Assembly: GCF_044704955.1 (NCBI RefSeq)
Contig: NC_091989.1
Span: 44,702,001-44,766,000, forward strand
DNA: 64,000 nucleotides
Source of the DNA: Pristiophorus japonicus
Lineage: Eukaryota
Direction of reading: 5' to 3'
Made by a program: the position numbers and the translations under genes. Shown piece after piece: positions 1 through 13,649 of the stretch (the stretch's first letter is position 1; each line of letters begins with the position of its first letter). The notes beneath the pieces are model-generated. The model made no database searches, was not told the origin of the DNA, and was given only the letters and a program-made list of their open reading frames with translations.

Positions 1-2620
1 AAATCCATGCTGACTTGGTCCGATCCTGTCACTGCTTTCTAAATGCGCTGCTATTTCATCCATAATGATTGATTCCAACATTTTCCCCTCTACTGATGTC
101 AGGCTAACTGGTCTATAATTACCCGTTTTCTCTCTCCCTCCTTTTTTAAAAAGTGGTGTTACATTAGCTACCCTGCAGTCCATAGGAACTGATCCAGAGT
201 TGATAGACTGTTGGAAAATGATCACCAATGCATCAACTATTTCCAGGGCCACTTCCTTAAGTACTCTGGCATGCAGACTATCAGGCCCCGGGGATTTATC
301 GACCTTCAATCCTATCAATTTCCCTAACACAATTTCCCGCCTAATAAGGATATCCTTCAGTTCCTCCTTCTCACGAGACCTACTGTCCCCTCGTACATTC
401 GGAAAGTTATTTGTGTCTTCCTTCGTGAAGACAGAACCGAAGTATTGGTTCAATTGGTCTTTTTCTCTTCGCATATTTGTAGAAGCTTTTGCAGTCAGTT
501 TTTATGTTCCCTCCCTGCAAGCTTCCTCTCGTACTCTATTTCCCCCCTCTTAATTAAACCCTTCTTCCTCCTCTGCTGAATTCTAAATTTCTCCCAGTCC
601 TCAGGTTTGTTGCTTTTTCTAGCCAATTTATATGCCTCTTCCTTGGCTTTAACACTATCCTTAATTTCCCTTGTTAGCGATGGTTGAGCCACCTTCCCAG
701 TTTTATTTTTACTCCAGGCAGGGATGTACAATTGCTGAAGTTCATCCATGTGATCTTTAAATGTTTGTCATTGCTTATCCACCGTCAACCCTTTAAGTAT
801 CCTTTGCCAGTCTATTCTAGCCAATTCACGCCTCATACTGTCGAAGATATCTTTCCTTAAGTTCAGGACCCTAGTTTCCGAATTAACTTTGTCACTCTCC
901 ATCTTAATAAAGAATTCTACCATATTATGGTCACTCTTCCCCAAGGGGCCTTACACAACAAGATTGCTAATTAGTCCCTTCTCATTACACATCAGCCAGT
1001 CTAGGATGGCCAGCTCTCTGGTTGGTTCCTCGACATATTGGTCCAGAAAACCTTCCCGAATACACTCTAGGAAATCCTCCTCCACCACATTGCTACCAGT
1101 TAGGTTAGCCCAATCAATATATAGATTAAAGTCACCCATGATTACTGCTGTACCTTTATTGCACACATCCCTTATTTCTTGTTTGGTGCTGTCCCCAACC
1201 TCACTACTACTATTTGGTGGCCTGTACACCACTCCCACAAGCGTTTTCTGCCCTTTGGTATTCAGTGGCTCCACCCATACCGATTCCACATCATCCAAGC
1301 TAATGTCCTTCCTTACAATTGCATTAATTTCCTCTTTAACCATCAACGCCACCCTTTTCCTTTCTGTCTATCCTTCCTAAATGCTGAGTACCCTTGGATA
1401 TTGAGTTCCCAGCCTTGGTCACTCTGGAGCCATATCTCCGTGATGTAAATCACATCGTATCCGTTAACTGCTATCTGCGCAGTTAATTCATCCACCTTAT
1501 TCTGAATACTCCTCGCGTTGAGGCACAGAGCCTTCAGTCTTGTCTTTTTAACACACTTTGCCCCTTTAGAATTTTGCTGTAATGTGGCCCTTTTTGCTTT
1601 TTGCCTTGGATTTCTCTGCCCTCCACTTTTACTATTCTCCTTTCTATCTTTTGCTTCTGACTCCATTTTATTTCCCTCTGTCTCCCTGCATAGGTTCCCA
1701 TCCCCCTGCCATATTAGATTAACTCCTCCCAAACAGCACGAGCAAACACTCCCCCTAGGACATTGGTTCCGGTCCTGCCCAGGTGCAGACCATCCGGTTT
1801 GTACTGGTCCCACCTCCCCCAGAACCGGTTCCAGTGCTCCAGGAATTTGAATCCCTCTATTCTGCACCACTGCTCAAGCCACGTATTCATCTGAGCTATC
1901 CTGTGGTTCTTACTCTGACTAGCACGTGGCACTGGTAGCAATCCTGAGAATACTACTTTTGAGGTCCTACTTTTTAAATTTAACTCCTAACTCCCAAAAT
2001 TCATCTCGTAGGACCTCATTCCATTTTTTACCTATATCATTGGTACCTATATGCACCAGGACAACTGGCTGTTTTTTAGAATGTCCTGCACCCGCTCCGA
2101 GACATCCTTGAGCCTTGCACCAGGGAGGCAACATACCATCCTGAAGTCTCGGTTGCATCGCAGAAACGCCTATCTATTCCCCTTACAATTGAATCCCCGA
2201 TCACTATAGCTCTCCCACTCTTTTTCCTGCCCTCCTGTGCAGCAGAGCCACCCACGGTGCCATGATCTTGGCTGCTGCTGCTCTGATGAGTCATCCCCCT
2301 CAACAATACTCAAAGCGGTGTATCTGTTTTGCAGGGGGATGACTGCAGGGGTCCCCTGCACTATCTTCCTTGCATTGCTCTTCCTGTTGGTCTTCCATTC
2401 ACTATCTGGTTGTGTACCCTTTACCTGCGGTAAAAGCAACTCACTAAGCGTGCTATTCACGTCATTCTCAGCATCGTGGATACTCCAGAGTGAATCGCAG
2501 CTCCAGTGCCGCAATGCGGTCCGTCAGGATCTGCAGGCAGATACACGTCCCGCACACGTAGTCGTCAGGGACACCGGAAGCATCCTTGAGTTCCCACATA
2601 GTACAGGAGGAGCATAACAC
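1..2620 (-). mobile_element. CR1-clade LINE, decayed: ORF1 (Cys motif + SGNH esterase) and ORF2 APE endonuclease to start of RT; continues left of the window
   Basis: Minus ORFs give GDSIVRG, VHIGTND and DGLHL (esterase) and YRPP/MGDFN (APE endonuclease); bases 1-30 encode the SQHGF RT motif; many frameshifts. Confidence 0.95.
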
Positions 2621-4780
2621 GAGAGTAACACAGTTAATTCAGAAACTAAGGTCCTGAACTTAGGGAAAGGCAACTTCAATGGTATGAGATGTGAATTAGC
2701 TAGAATAAACTGGCGAGTGATACTTAAAGGGTTTATGGTGGATAGGCAATGGCAAACATTTCAAGATCACATGGATGAACTTCAGCAATTGTATATCCCT
2801 GTCTGGAGTAAAAATAAAATGGGGAAGATGGCTCAACCGCGGCTAACATGGGAAATTAAGGATAGTGTTAAATCCAAGGAAGAGGCATATAAATTGGCCA
2901 GAAAAAGCAACAAACCTGAGGACTGGGAGAAATTTAGAATTCAGCAGAGGAGGACAAAGGGTTTAATTAAGAGGGGGAAAAGTAGAGTATGAGAAGAAGC
3001 TTGCCGGGAACATAAAAACTGACTGCAAAAGCTTCTATAGATATGTAAAGAGGAAAAGATTAGTGAAGACAAATGTAGGTCCCTTGCAGTCAGATTCAGG
3101 TGAATTTACATTGGGGAACAAACAAATGGCAGACCAATTGAACAAATAATTTGGTTCTGTCTTCACGAAGGAAGACACAAATAACTTTCCGGAAGTACTA
3201 GGGGACCGAGGGTCTAGTGAGAAGGATGAACTGAAGGATATTCTTATTAGGTGGGAAATTGTGTTAGGGAAATTGATGGGATTGAAGGCCGATAAATCCC
3301 TGGGGCCTTATAGCCTGCATCCCAGAATACTTAAGGAAGTGGCCCTAGAATTAGTGGATGCATTAGTAATAATTTTCCAACAGTCTATCGACTCTGGATC
3401 AGTTGCTCTGGACTGGAAGGCAGCTTATGTAATACCACTTTTTAAAAAGGGAGGGAGAGAGAAAGCAGGTAATTATAGATTGGTCCAAGTCAGCATGGAT
3501 TTATGAAGGGGAAATCATGCTTGACAAACCTTCTGGAATTTTTTGAGGATGTAACAAGCAGAGTGGACAAGGGAGAACCAGTGGATGTGGTGTATTTGGA
3601 CTTTCAAAAGGCTTTTGACAAGGTCCCACACAAGAGATTGGTGTGCAAAATCAAAGCACATGGTATTGGGGGTAATATACTGACGTGAATAGAGAACTAG
3701 TTGGCAGACAGGAAGCAGACAGTCGGGATAAACGGGTCCTTTTCAGAATGGCAGGCAGTGACTAGTGGAGTGCCGCAGGGCTCATTGCTGTGACCCCAGC
3801 TCTTTACAATATACATCAATGATTTGGATGAAGGAATTGAATGTAATATCTCCAAGTTTGCGGATGACATTAAACTTGGTGGTGATGTGAGCTGTGAGGG
3901 GGACGCTAGGAGGCTGCAGGGTGACTTGGACAGGTTAGGTGAGTGGGCAAATGCATGGCAGATGCAGTATAATGTGGATAATTCTGAGGTTATCCACTTT
4001 GCGGGCAAAAACATGAAGGCAGAATATTATCTGAATGGCGGCAGATTAGGAAAAGGGGAGCTGCAGCGAGACCTGTGTGTCATGGTTCATCAGTCATTGA
4101 AAGTTGGCATACAGGTACAGCAGGCAGTGAAGAAGGCAAATGGTACGTTGTCCTTCCTAGCTAGGGGATTTGAGTATAGGAACAGGGAGGTCTTACTACA
4201 GTTGTACAGGGCCTTGGTGAGGCCTCACCTGGAATATTGTGTTCAGTTTTGGTCTCTGAATCTGAGGAAGGACATTCTTGCTATTGAGGGAGTGCAGCGA
4301 AGATTCAGCAGACTGATACCTGGGATGGTAGGACTGACATATAAGGAGAGGCTGGATAGACTGGGCCTTTATACATTGGAGTTTAGAAGGATGAGAGGGG
4401 ATCTCATAGAAACATATAAGATTCTGACGGGACTGGACAGGTTAGATGCGGGAAGAATGTTGTCGATGTTGGGGAAGTCCAGAACCAGGGGGCATAGTCT
4501 TAGGAGAAGGGGTAGGCCATTTAGGACTGAGATGAAGAGAAACTTCTTCTCTCAGAGAGTTGTTAGCCTATGGAATTCCCTGCGGCAGAGAGTTGTTGAT
4601 GCCAGTTCATTAGATATATTCAAGGGGGAGTTAGATATGGCCCTTACTGCTAAGGGGATCAAGGGGTATGGAGAGAAAGCAGGAAAGGGGTACTGAGGTG
4701 AATGATCAGTCATGATCTTATTGAATGGCGGTGCAAGCTCGAAGGGCCGAATGGCCTACTCCTGCACCTATTTTCTATGT
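2621..4780 (+). mobile_element. 5'-truncated CR1 LINE (ORF2 linker + RT, 3'UTR and TTCTATGT tail)
   Basis: YLDFQKAFDKVPH, KFADD and YRALVRPHLEYCVQFW motifs; 290-aa open C-terminal ORF 3824-4696; ends ctcctgcacctattttctatgt. Confidence 0.95.
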
Positions 4781-7380
4781 TAAACTTCTCGCAGTCCTCA
4801 GGTTTGTTGCTTTTTCTGGCCAATTTACATGCCTCTTCCTTGGATTTAACACTATCCTTAATTTCCCTTGTTAGCCATGGTTGTGCCACATTCCCCGTTT
4901 TATTTTTACTCCAGGCAGGGATGTACAATTGCTGAAGTTCATCCATGTGTTCTTTAAATGTTTGCCATTGCTTATCCACCGTCAACCCTTTAAGTGTCCT
5001 TTGTCAATCTATTCTAGCCAATTCATGCCTCATACCGTCGAAGTTACCTTTCCTTAAGTTCAGGACCCTAGTTTCCGAATTAACTGTGTCACTCTCCATC
5101 TTAATAAAGAATTCTACCATATTATGGTCACTTTTCCCCAAGAGGCCTCGCACAACAAGATTGCTAATTAGTCCTTTCTCATTACACATCACCCAGTCGA
5201 AGATGGCCAGCTCGCTAGTTGGTTCCTCGACATATTGGTCTGGAAAACCATCCCTAATACACTCCAGGAAATCCTCCTCCACCGCATTGCTACCAGTTTG
5301 GTTAGCCCAATCAATATGTAGATTAAAGTCACCCATGATAACTGCTGTACCTTTATTGCATGTATCCCTAATTTCTTGTTTGATGCTGTCCCCAACCTTA
5401 CTACGACTGTTTGGTGATCTGTACACAACTCCCATTAGCATTTTCTGCCCCTTGGTATTCCGTAGCTCCACCCATTCCGATTCCACATCATCTAAGCTAA
5501 TGTCCATTCTTACAATTGCATTAATTTCCTCTTTAACCAGCAATGCCACCCCGCCTCCTTTTTCTTTCTGTCTATCCTTCCTAAATGTTGAATAACCCTG
5601 GATGTTGAGTTCCCAGCCTTGGTCACCTTGGAGCCATGTCTCCGTGATGTCAATTACATCGTATCCGTTAACTGCTATCTGCGCAGTTAATTCGTCCACC
5701 TTATTCTGAATACTCCTCGCATTGAGGCACAGAGCCTTCAGGCTTGTCTTTCTAACACATTTTGCCCCTTTAGAATTTTGCTGTAATGTGGCCCTTTTTG
5801 CTTTTTGCCTTAGGTTTCTCTGCCCTCCACTTTTACTTTTCTTCTTTCTATCTTTTGCTTCTGCCCCATTCTACTTCCCTCTGTCTCCCCGCATAGGTTA
5901 CCATCCCCCTGCCATATTAGTTTAACTCCTCCCCAACAGCACTAGCAAACACTCCCCCGAGGACATTGGTTCCAGTCCTGCCCAGGTGCAGACCGTCCGG
6001 TTTGTACTGGTCCCACCTTCCCCAGAACCGGTTCCAATGTCCCAAGAATTTGAATCCCTCCCTTGTGCACCACTCCTCAAGCCACATATTCATCTGAGCT
6101 ATCCTGCGATTCCTACTCTGACCAGCACGTGCCACTGGTAGCAATCCTGAGATTACTACTTTTGAGGTCCTACTTTTTAATTTAGCTCCTAGCTCCCTAA
6201 ATTCATCTTGTAGGACCTCATCCTGTCTTTTACCTATATCGTTGGTACCTATATGCACCACGACAACTGGCTGTTCACCCTCCCTTTTCAGAATGCCCTG
6301 CACCCGCTCCGAGGCATTCTTGACCCTTGCACCAGGAAGGTAACATACCATCCTGCTGTCTCAGTTGCGGCCGCAGAAATGTCTATCTATTCCTCTTACA
6401 TTTGAATCCCCTATCACTGTAGCTCTCCCACTCTTTTTCCTGCCCTCCTATGCAGCAGAGCCACCCACGGTGCCATGAACTTGGCTGCTGCTGCCCTCCC
6501 CTGATGAGTCGTCCATCTCAACAGTACCCAAAGCGGTGTATCTATTTTGCAGGGGGATGACCGCAGGGGAACCCTGCACTACCTTCCTTGCACTGCTCTT
6601 CCTGTTGGTCATCCATTCCCTATCTGGCTGTGTACCCTTTACCTGCGGTAAGACCAACTCACTAAACGTGCTATTCACATCATTCTCAGCATCGTGGATG
6701 CTCCAGAGTGAATCCGCCCGCAGCTCCAGTGCCGCAATGCAGTCCACAGGAGCTGCAGGCGGATGCACTTCCAGCACACGTAGTCGTCAGGGACACTGGA
6801 AGCGTCCCTGACTTCCCACATAGTACAGGAGGAGCATAACACATGTCCGAGCTGTTCTGCCATGACTTAACCTTAGATAAACTTAAATTGGCAAAAACAA
6901 TGCTCAAGGTTACTTACTGATATAGAAAAGAAAAAGAAAAACTACTTACCAATCACCAGCCAATCACTTACCCCCTTGGCTGTGACGTAACCTTTCGATT
7001 TATTTCTACTTCTTCTTTGCCTCCCTGCTGCAGCTGCACTGGCTGGTCTCTTGTTGGCCTCACCAACGCTGCCACTCCACCTCCCGACTCCCTGCTGGGC
7101 CTCCCGACGACGCTGGCCTCTTGTAGGCTTGTCGGCCTCACCAATGCTGTCGCTCCACCTCCCGACTCCCTGCTGGGCCTCCCGACAACGCTGGCCTCTT
7201 GTAGGTCTCACCAACGCTGCTGCTCCGCCTCCCGACTCCCTGCTGGGCCTCCCGACATCGCTGGCCTCTTGTAGGTCTCACCAACGCTGCTGCTCCGCCT
7301 CCTGACTCCCTGCTGGGCGGCCTGACGATGCTGGCCTCTTGTAAGCCTCACCAACGCTGCCGCGCTGCCTCCCGACTCCC
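4781..7380 (-). mobile_element. CR1 LINE 5' half (5'UTR, ORF1 with CxxC...CxxC + SGNH esterase, endonuclease), 3'-truncated at KPEDxEKF
   Basis: ORFs 6675-6863 (CSSCTMWE...CWKC), 5917-6351 (esterase), 5004-5699 (ITETWL, GDFN, SDH). Confidence 0.95.
7061..7380. repeat. Tandem array of about 4.5 GC-rich 70-bp monomers at the CR1 5' end
   Basis: Unit caccaacgctgctgctccgcctcccgactccctgctgggcc... starts at 7061, 7139, 7209, 7279, 7349. Confidence 0.9.
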
Positions 7381-9485
7381 GAAGGAGGCCATTCGGCCCA
7401 TTGAGTCCATGCCGGCTCTCTGTAAAGCAATCCAGTCAGTCCCATTCGCCCGCTCTATCCCCGTAGCCCTGCAATTTTATTTCCCTCATGCCTATCCAAT
7501 TTATTTTTGAAATCATTGATCGTCTCCGCTTCTATCACCTTTTTCTGCAATGAATTCCAGGTCATTACCACTTGCTGCATAAAAAAGTTCTTCCTCACAT
7601 CCCCCCTATATCTCTTGCCCAAAACTTTGCATCTGTGTCCCCTGGTGCTTGTACCTTATCCAAACCCGTCATAATCTTGCACACCTCTATCAAATCTCCC
7701 CTCAACCTCCTTTGCTTCAAGGAGAACAACCCCAGCTTCTCCAACCTAACCTTGTAGGTAAAATCCCTCATCCCTGGAACCATTCTTGTAAATCTCCTCT
7801 CACCCTCTCAAGGACCTTAATATCCTTCCTAAAATGTGGTGACCAGACTTGGACGCAATTCTCTAGTTGTGGCCTAACCAGAGCTTTATAAAGGTTCAGC
7901 ATAACTTCCCTGCTTTTGTACTCAATACCTCTATTTATGAAGCCCAAGATCCCATTTGCTTTGTTAACTACTCTCTCAATATGTCCTGCCAACTTCAAAG
8001 ATCTATGTACATGAACCCCCAGGTCCCTCTGTCCCTGCACACTCTAGAACTGTGCCATTAAGTCTATATTGCTTCTTCCTATTCCTTCAGCCAAAATCCA
8101 TCACTTCACACTGCTCTGTATTAAATTCCATCTGCCACTTGTCTGCCCAATTTGTTAGCCTATCTATGCCCTATCTATGTTGCAGTCGATTGGTATCATC
8201 CTCACTGTTTGCCACACCTCCAAATTTGGTATCATCAGCAAATTTTGAAATTTTGCTCTGTATTCCAATATCCAAGTAATTTATATATATATATATATAT
8301 ATCAAAAAAGCAGTGGTCCTAACATTGACCCTTCGGGAACACCACATCCTCCAGTGTGAAAAACAACCGTTTACCACGACTCGCTGTTTTCTGTCCTTAA
8401 GCCAATTTCCTATCCAAGCTGACACTGACCCTCCTCTTCCATGAGCCTCAATTTTGTTAACCAGCCTTTTATGTGATACTTTGTCAACCACTTTCTTAAA
8501 ATCCATATAGACAACATCCACTGCATTCCCTTCATCAATCTTCTCTGTTACTTCATCAAAAAATTAAATTAGATTAGTCAAACATGATCTGCCTTTTACA
8601 AATCTGTGCTGGCTCTCTTTAATTAATTTAAACCTCTCCAAGTGCCTGTTATTTTTTTCCCTGATTATTGCTTCTAAAACGTAACCCACCACTAATGTTA
8701 AACTGACTGGCCTGTAGTTACTAGAATTGTCCTTACACCCTTTCTTGAACAAGGGTGTCACATTTGCTATTTTCCAATCTTCTGGCACCTCCCCCGCATT
8801 TAGTGAAAATTGGAAGATTATGCAAGCCCTTCTGCTATCTCCACTCCCACTCCCCGAGGCAACCTGGGGTGCAAGCCATCCGGACCAGGTGACTTATCCA
8901 CTCTAAGCCCTTCCAGTACATCCTGCCTATTAATTTTCACCCCAGCCATTATCTCTACCATTTCTGCTTCTACCGATATTTTATCAGCACCCCCTTCCTT
9001 AGTAAACACCAATATTAAGTATTGTAGCCTTGCCCTGTGCCTCTAAACATATATTACCTTCTTTGTCCCGAATAGGCTCCATCCCGTCTCTTACTACCCG
9101 CTTACGATTTACATGCCAGTAGCAGATTTTTGGGTTCCCTTTTATGTTTGCTGAAGAGTTCACCTGACATGCACCATATACCCTCTTTATTTTTGTTTCA
9201 TTATTTCTGTATCTCCTTCGTCATCCAAGGATCCCTGGCTTTGGTTCCCTTCCCTGACCATCTTGTTGGAATGTACCTAGCCTGTACCTGAGCCATCTCC
9301 TTAAAAATCACCCATTGTTCCATTACAGTTTTCCCTGTAAATCTTTGGTTCCATTTTACCCTGGCTGGATCCCCTCTCAGACCATTGAAGTTAGCTCTCT
9401 TCCAATTTCCAAGTTCCACTTTAGATTGTTCCTTGCTCTTTTCCATTACAAATTTAAACCTTATGATACGCTGATCATGCATCAA
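7381..9485 (-). mobile_element. Older, different CR1 subfamily (ORF2 linker/RT + 3'UTR), degraded
   Basis: Minus ORFs with YMDFKK, SKFADDTK, YKALVRPQLE, DKSPGPDGLHPR. Confidence 0.9.
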
Positions 9486-9489
9486 CAAA

Positions 9490-9826
9490 GGTAAGTTTTT
9501 TTTACTTACCTCGGCCACCTTGACTTTAATCATCGCCCTGGTAGCAGCCAGCCATCCGATCCACGCCTCCTGCAGTTGCCGGTGTTTTCGTCTGGCGCTG
9601 CTGCAGGGGGCACAAGTGAATTTCAGGTCCGGTGTGCTAACGGGGCGATGCGCACGGTGATGATGTCATGATCTCCGGGCGCGGGAGATCGGGGCCCAAC
9701 ACCGTAGCGCTGTCGCTAAACTCCCGCCTCGATGTCAGCGCCGCACCCGGTCGCAAAGGCTTTTGCGCTCCTTTAGCGCCCCCCGGGGGTGCTAACAGGA
9801 GGTGCAAATCCACCCAAATTCTAGCC
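9490..9826 (-). mobile_element. Half of a GC-rich Harbinger-type MITE (same family as 43170-43906)
   Basis: Ends aaattctagccc (TIR); reverse complement matches gttagcacc(c/t)ccgggggg...gctaa and catcacc(a/g)tgcgca of the 43170 element. Confidence 0.65.
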
Positions 9827-9839
9827 CTTTATTTTTAAC

Positions 9840-10666
9840 ACTTTGCATTCTTGGACAGATCTGTGTGCACTTATGGAAGTGGCTTAGTGAGTTGCAGTGA
9901 ATGGTGATGAGTGTGAAAGGAATGGTTTGGGCAGTGTAGGGATGCTTTATGGTGTTGGTGTGGGCCATCATGTGGCAGGCAGGGTGTACAGCATCAAGTG
10001 AAGTAAATCTGGCCATGGCGAGGCCATCCCTGGCCTCCCGGGCAGTAATGTTGTCGGGTGCTGATACCCTGTGTCCTGTGCTGCATCAGTTGATCGCGGA
10101 GAAGTTTGGTGTTGTTGTTGGTGCCGCCAATGTGCATGGTGTTGGGGCTGATCATGGTGGGATTCTGAGGATCGTGGTGAGATAGTTTCAAGGGCACTGA
10201 TGCTGATATAATAGATGGCAGGTGAGGTTAAGATGACAGAAAGGATCTGTCAATGGTGAGAGAGGTTGTTCCAATGAGGTGATACTGGATATAGAGATTG
10301 CTCCAAGCACTTGCAACCTCTATAAAGCTTAATCTGTCTTCCAAATGCAGTAAGCAACAGCTTCTGAACTTGGAAAGTGAACAGCTGTGAGTTGGGAGCT
10401 TTTATAGCACATTTTCAGCTGTCAATTAATGAGATGATTCCATGGCCATTGAACTCCCAAGCTACTTACCTGACGTGATCCCCGAGCAGCGTGCACCCAT
10501 GGGTGACCTGGTAAACTCTGAAGGTAAGCTCAAAATAGTTCTTAATGCTCTGTTAACAAGGTCATAATGACCTGAATTGCCTCATCCCGACCCGCTGTCA
10601 AAAAAAAAACATTTTCCCATTCAACCCACACTGATCGTGCCTGCTGACCCCCTGCGAAATTCCCCC
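9840..10666 (-). mobile_element. Probable deleted Harbinger derivative
   Basis: Minus strand near 10010-10050 reads AREARDGLAMARF, resembling a Harbinger transposase C-terminus; TIR-like gaaattccccc near 10656-10666. Confidence 0.35.
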
Positions 10667-11416
10667 TTAAATATCTGTCACTATTAGGTGCCCAGCTCTG
10701 TCATTGTAATTTAATTGCTATTAACATCAAATCTCTGTTTTGATCATAATGTGCCTTTGGACTTGACAAAAAAACCTTACCGATTTTACACAAAACTGAA
10801 AATAGTGCATGTCTTTGTGGAGAAAACATAAGCAAATGAATATAGTATATGTAAAAAAAAGTTATACAAGCACAGCAAGAATACAGACATTTAAATTTAA
10901 AAGTGTTAATACTGGAAATCTGAAATAAAAATAGAAAAAATTGGAGAGAGACAGCATACCCGTAGAATCTGAAAAATAAAAATAAATGAAAGGTAATGTG
11001 GTGGATGTAAATGGAAGGACATTAGGGAGGGAGCTCAGATCTTAGTATAAATACCTGAGCAGTCTTCTCCATTACCCTGCCAGTGTCTCATTTACATTCA
11101 TTGCATTACCTTCCATTTTGGAGCTGTTTTGCTCAGCTTTTGTGTGTCTAATGTATTTTTACAGTGTGATTCAAATGATTTCCATATATGAGTCAGCGTA
11201 TTTCACCTGCATAAATATCCTTCGCTCCACGAGCAGATTTAGCAATGGGCAGAGAGGTAGGCTAATGGGGGGCACCACAAATTGTGATTCATATGAAATT
11301 TAAAGGGGTGTGAACAATTACAGGTAAGTTGGAGTAAGTGTTTAATAGAGTTCAATCCGTTGGCAGCCTTTGTCAATGCCGATGCAGGGAGAGGGGAATG
11401 AAGTGACGAGTGAAAA

Positions 11417-11586
11417 CTTGCTTAAAATTTGTTACGTCGCTAACTTTTTCCAGTTCTGACGAAAGATCATCGACCTGAAACGTTAACTCTGTTTCTCTTT
11501 CCTGATTATGCCTAACCTGGAGTATTTCCAGCATTTTCTGTTTTTATTTCAGATTTCCAGCACCTACAGTATTTTGCTTTTGTATT
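11417..11586 (+). mobile_element. Short Penelope-like 3' terminal fragment with 8-bp TSD
   Basis: Matches the Penelope terminus at 55210-55340; AGTGAAAA at 11409-11416 and 11587-11594. Confidence 0.8.
11452..11488 (+). ncRNA. Minimal type I hammerhead ribozyme motif (Penelope terminus)
   Basis: AGTT-CTGACGA-aagatc atc gacct-GAAACGTT-AACT; stem II imperfect. Confidence 0.55.
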
Positions 11587-12440
11587 AGTGAAAAACCAGC
11601 GTGGAGGCACAAAATGGAGTGTGCAGATAATGGACCAAACATGCCAGCATCTGACCACATGTTTGATGAAGTGGAAATAGTGCTGTACATGGGGGTTTAA
11701 AAAAATTGGCCCTGTTTACCACTCCACAGCACTATCTATATAGCTTTGCAGTGTAGCACGACTGAAGGAAGATGGAGACATATTGAAGACCACACTTGAA
11801 CATTACACTCAATGGCTGTGCTGGCACTATGATGCATGTTATCTGCATGACCTTGCACCAAATGGTACAGTTCCATGTCTGTCTTTCTGCTGACTCCCGA
11901 ATCTGCAAAGCCAGCTGCCAAGCCCACATGCCACATGCGTACAGCCCGATGACCTCCGACCGCGGCGCCCTCTTGTGTCTGGTGACCCCCCAAGCATTAA
12001 TACATAACACAATCTTTAGAGAGGGCTCTTAAAATCCACTACCTCAGATTATGGCAAGTATTTAAAGAATTAATATATAATTTACAAGAAACAAACATTC
12101 CTTGAAGACACAAAGACCCCACAGTAAAAGTGGTCCAACTGTGGCAAACAAGATAAGTTAAATGTAGTATTAGATCAAAGGAAGAGGCTTATAAAGTTGC
12201 CAAAAATAGCAATAAGCCTGAGGATTGGGAGGATTTTAGAATTCAGCAAAGGAGGACCAAGAACGAGAAAATACAATCTGAGAGTAAACTAGCGAGAGAC
12301 ATAAAAACAGATGGTAAAAGCTTCGATAGGTATGTAAAATGGAAAAGATTAGTGAAAATAAATATGGGTTCCTTACAGGTTGAGTTTGGAGAAATTATAA
12401 TGGGGAATAAGGAAATGGCAGAAAAATTAAACAATAATTT

Positions 12441-13192
12441 GAGGCCGAAATTTAGGCCCGCCAGAAAACTGGTGCTTTTACCGCTGTCTCGGAAGAAGTT
12501 GACTCTTGATCGCTATTCAGGTCTTTTTTTTTTCGAGCGGACTGGAAGTCGGTCATAATGGGAGTGGAAATGCAGCGGTAACTGCTGGTGAGGGGCGGAG
12601 GTGGCGATGGGATGGATTCTCCGCCACTGTCACTCAGCAGCAGAGCGGGGGTGAAATCATTGTGCATCTGTGTCACCACGTCTCTCCCCTCCATTAAAGG
12701 GGAGAGAATCGGCAAATCGATAGGATCGGCCACTGGGCCACCAGGTAGGTTTCGGCCGGGCCAGTGGCCTGGCACACAAGAAGGGGTGCCGGGCTACCCG
12801 GGGTCACAATAGTCCGGCCGACATGGAAGTTGGCAGGCAAAAAAAAATAATGGCGGCAGCATTGGGCCCTTGCCTTTAATGGTCGCCGCGCAGGCAGGTT
12901 TCACAGAGGGAATGAAAGTGCACCAACAGAGAAAGCTGTTGGGGGCACTGCTCGGCAGGCATTAGATTTTTAGCCCTGAATATCGATGGAGGTGGGGGGT
13001 GGTCCTGGCGGTGTGGCACTGATGACGCACTTACAGTCGCTCGGCAGCGGCGGGGCAGAAGTGGGGACCGACAGAAAAACATCCACTGCTGAATTTGGCT
13101 GGCGGCAGCCATTCAACCAGAAATCAGCGGCCATTGGATTCCGCCACATTGCAGCGGTAACGGGGCTTATCGGGACCCTGAATTTTGGCCCC
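12441..13192. mobile_element. Harbinger-type MITE, 752 bp, TSD TTT
   Basis: TIR gaggccgaaatt / aattttggcccc; TTT on both sides; interrupts CR1. Confidence 0.85.
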
Positions 13193-13649
13193 TTTGTGTC
13201 TGCCTTCATGGAAAAAGACACGATAAGACTCCTGGAAATAGTGGAGAACCAAGGGTCTAGAGAGAATGAGGAACAGAAAGAAAGTAGTATTAGCAAAAAA
13301 ATAGGACTGGATAAATTAATGGGACTGAAAGCCTATAAAACCCCTGGCTCTGATGGCCTACATCCTAGGGTTTTTAAAGAGGTGGCCATAGAGATAATGG
13401 ATGCATTGGTTGTCATCTTCCAAAACTTCATAAATTTTAGAACGGTTCCTGCAGATTGGAAGGTAGCTAATGTAACCCCGCTATTTAAGAAAGGAGGAAG
13501 AGAGAAAACGGGGAACTGCAGACCAGTTAGCCTGACATCAGTCCTAGGGAAAATACTAGAATCTATTATTAAGGACATGGTAACAGGGCGCTTGGAAAAA
13601 AATAATAGGATTAGGCAGAGTAAACACGGATTTATGAAAGGGAAATATT

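Noticed and set aside
1-4780. Classic twin-priming inversion
   Set aside because: The opposed segments overlap by about 900 bp or more rather than being adjacent parts of one RNA
200-5595. Plus-strand ORFs such as 889-1380 and 4945-5595
   Set aside because: Antisense shadows of CR1 ORF2; they recur wherever CR1 does
7061-7380. CRISPR-like array
   Set aside because: Units repeat end to end with no unique spacers, there are no cas genes, and the context is a vertebrate LINE
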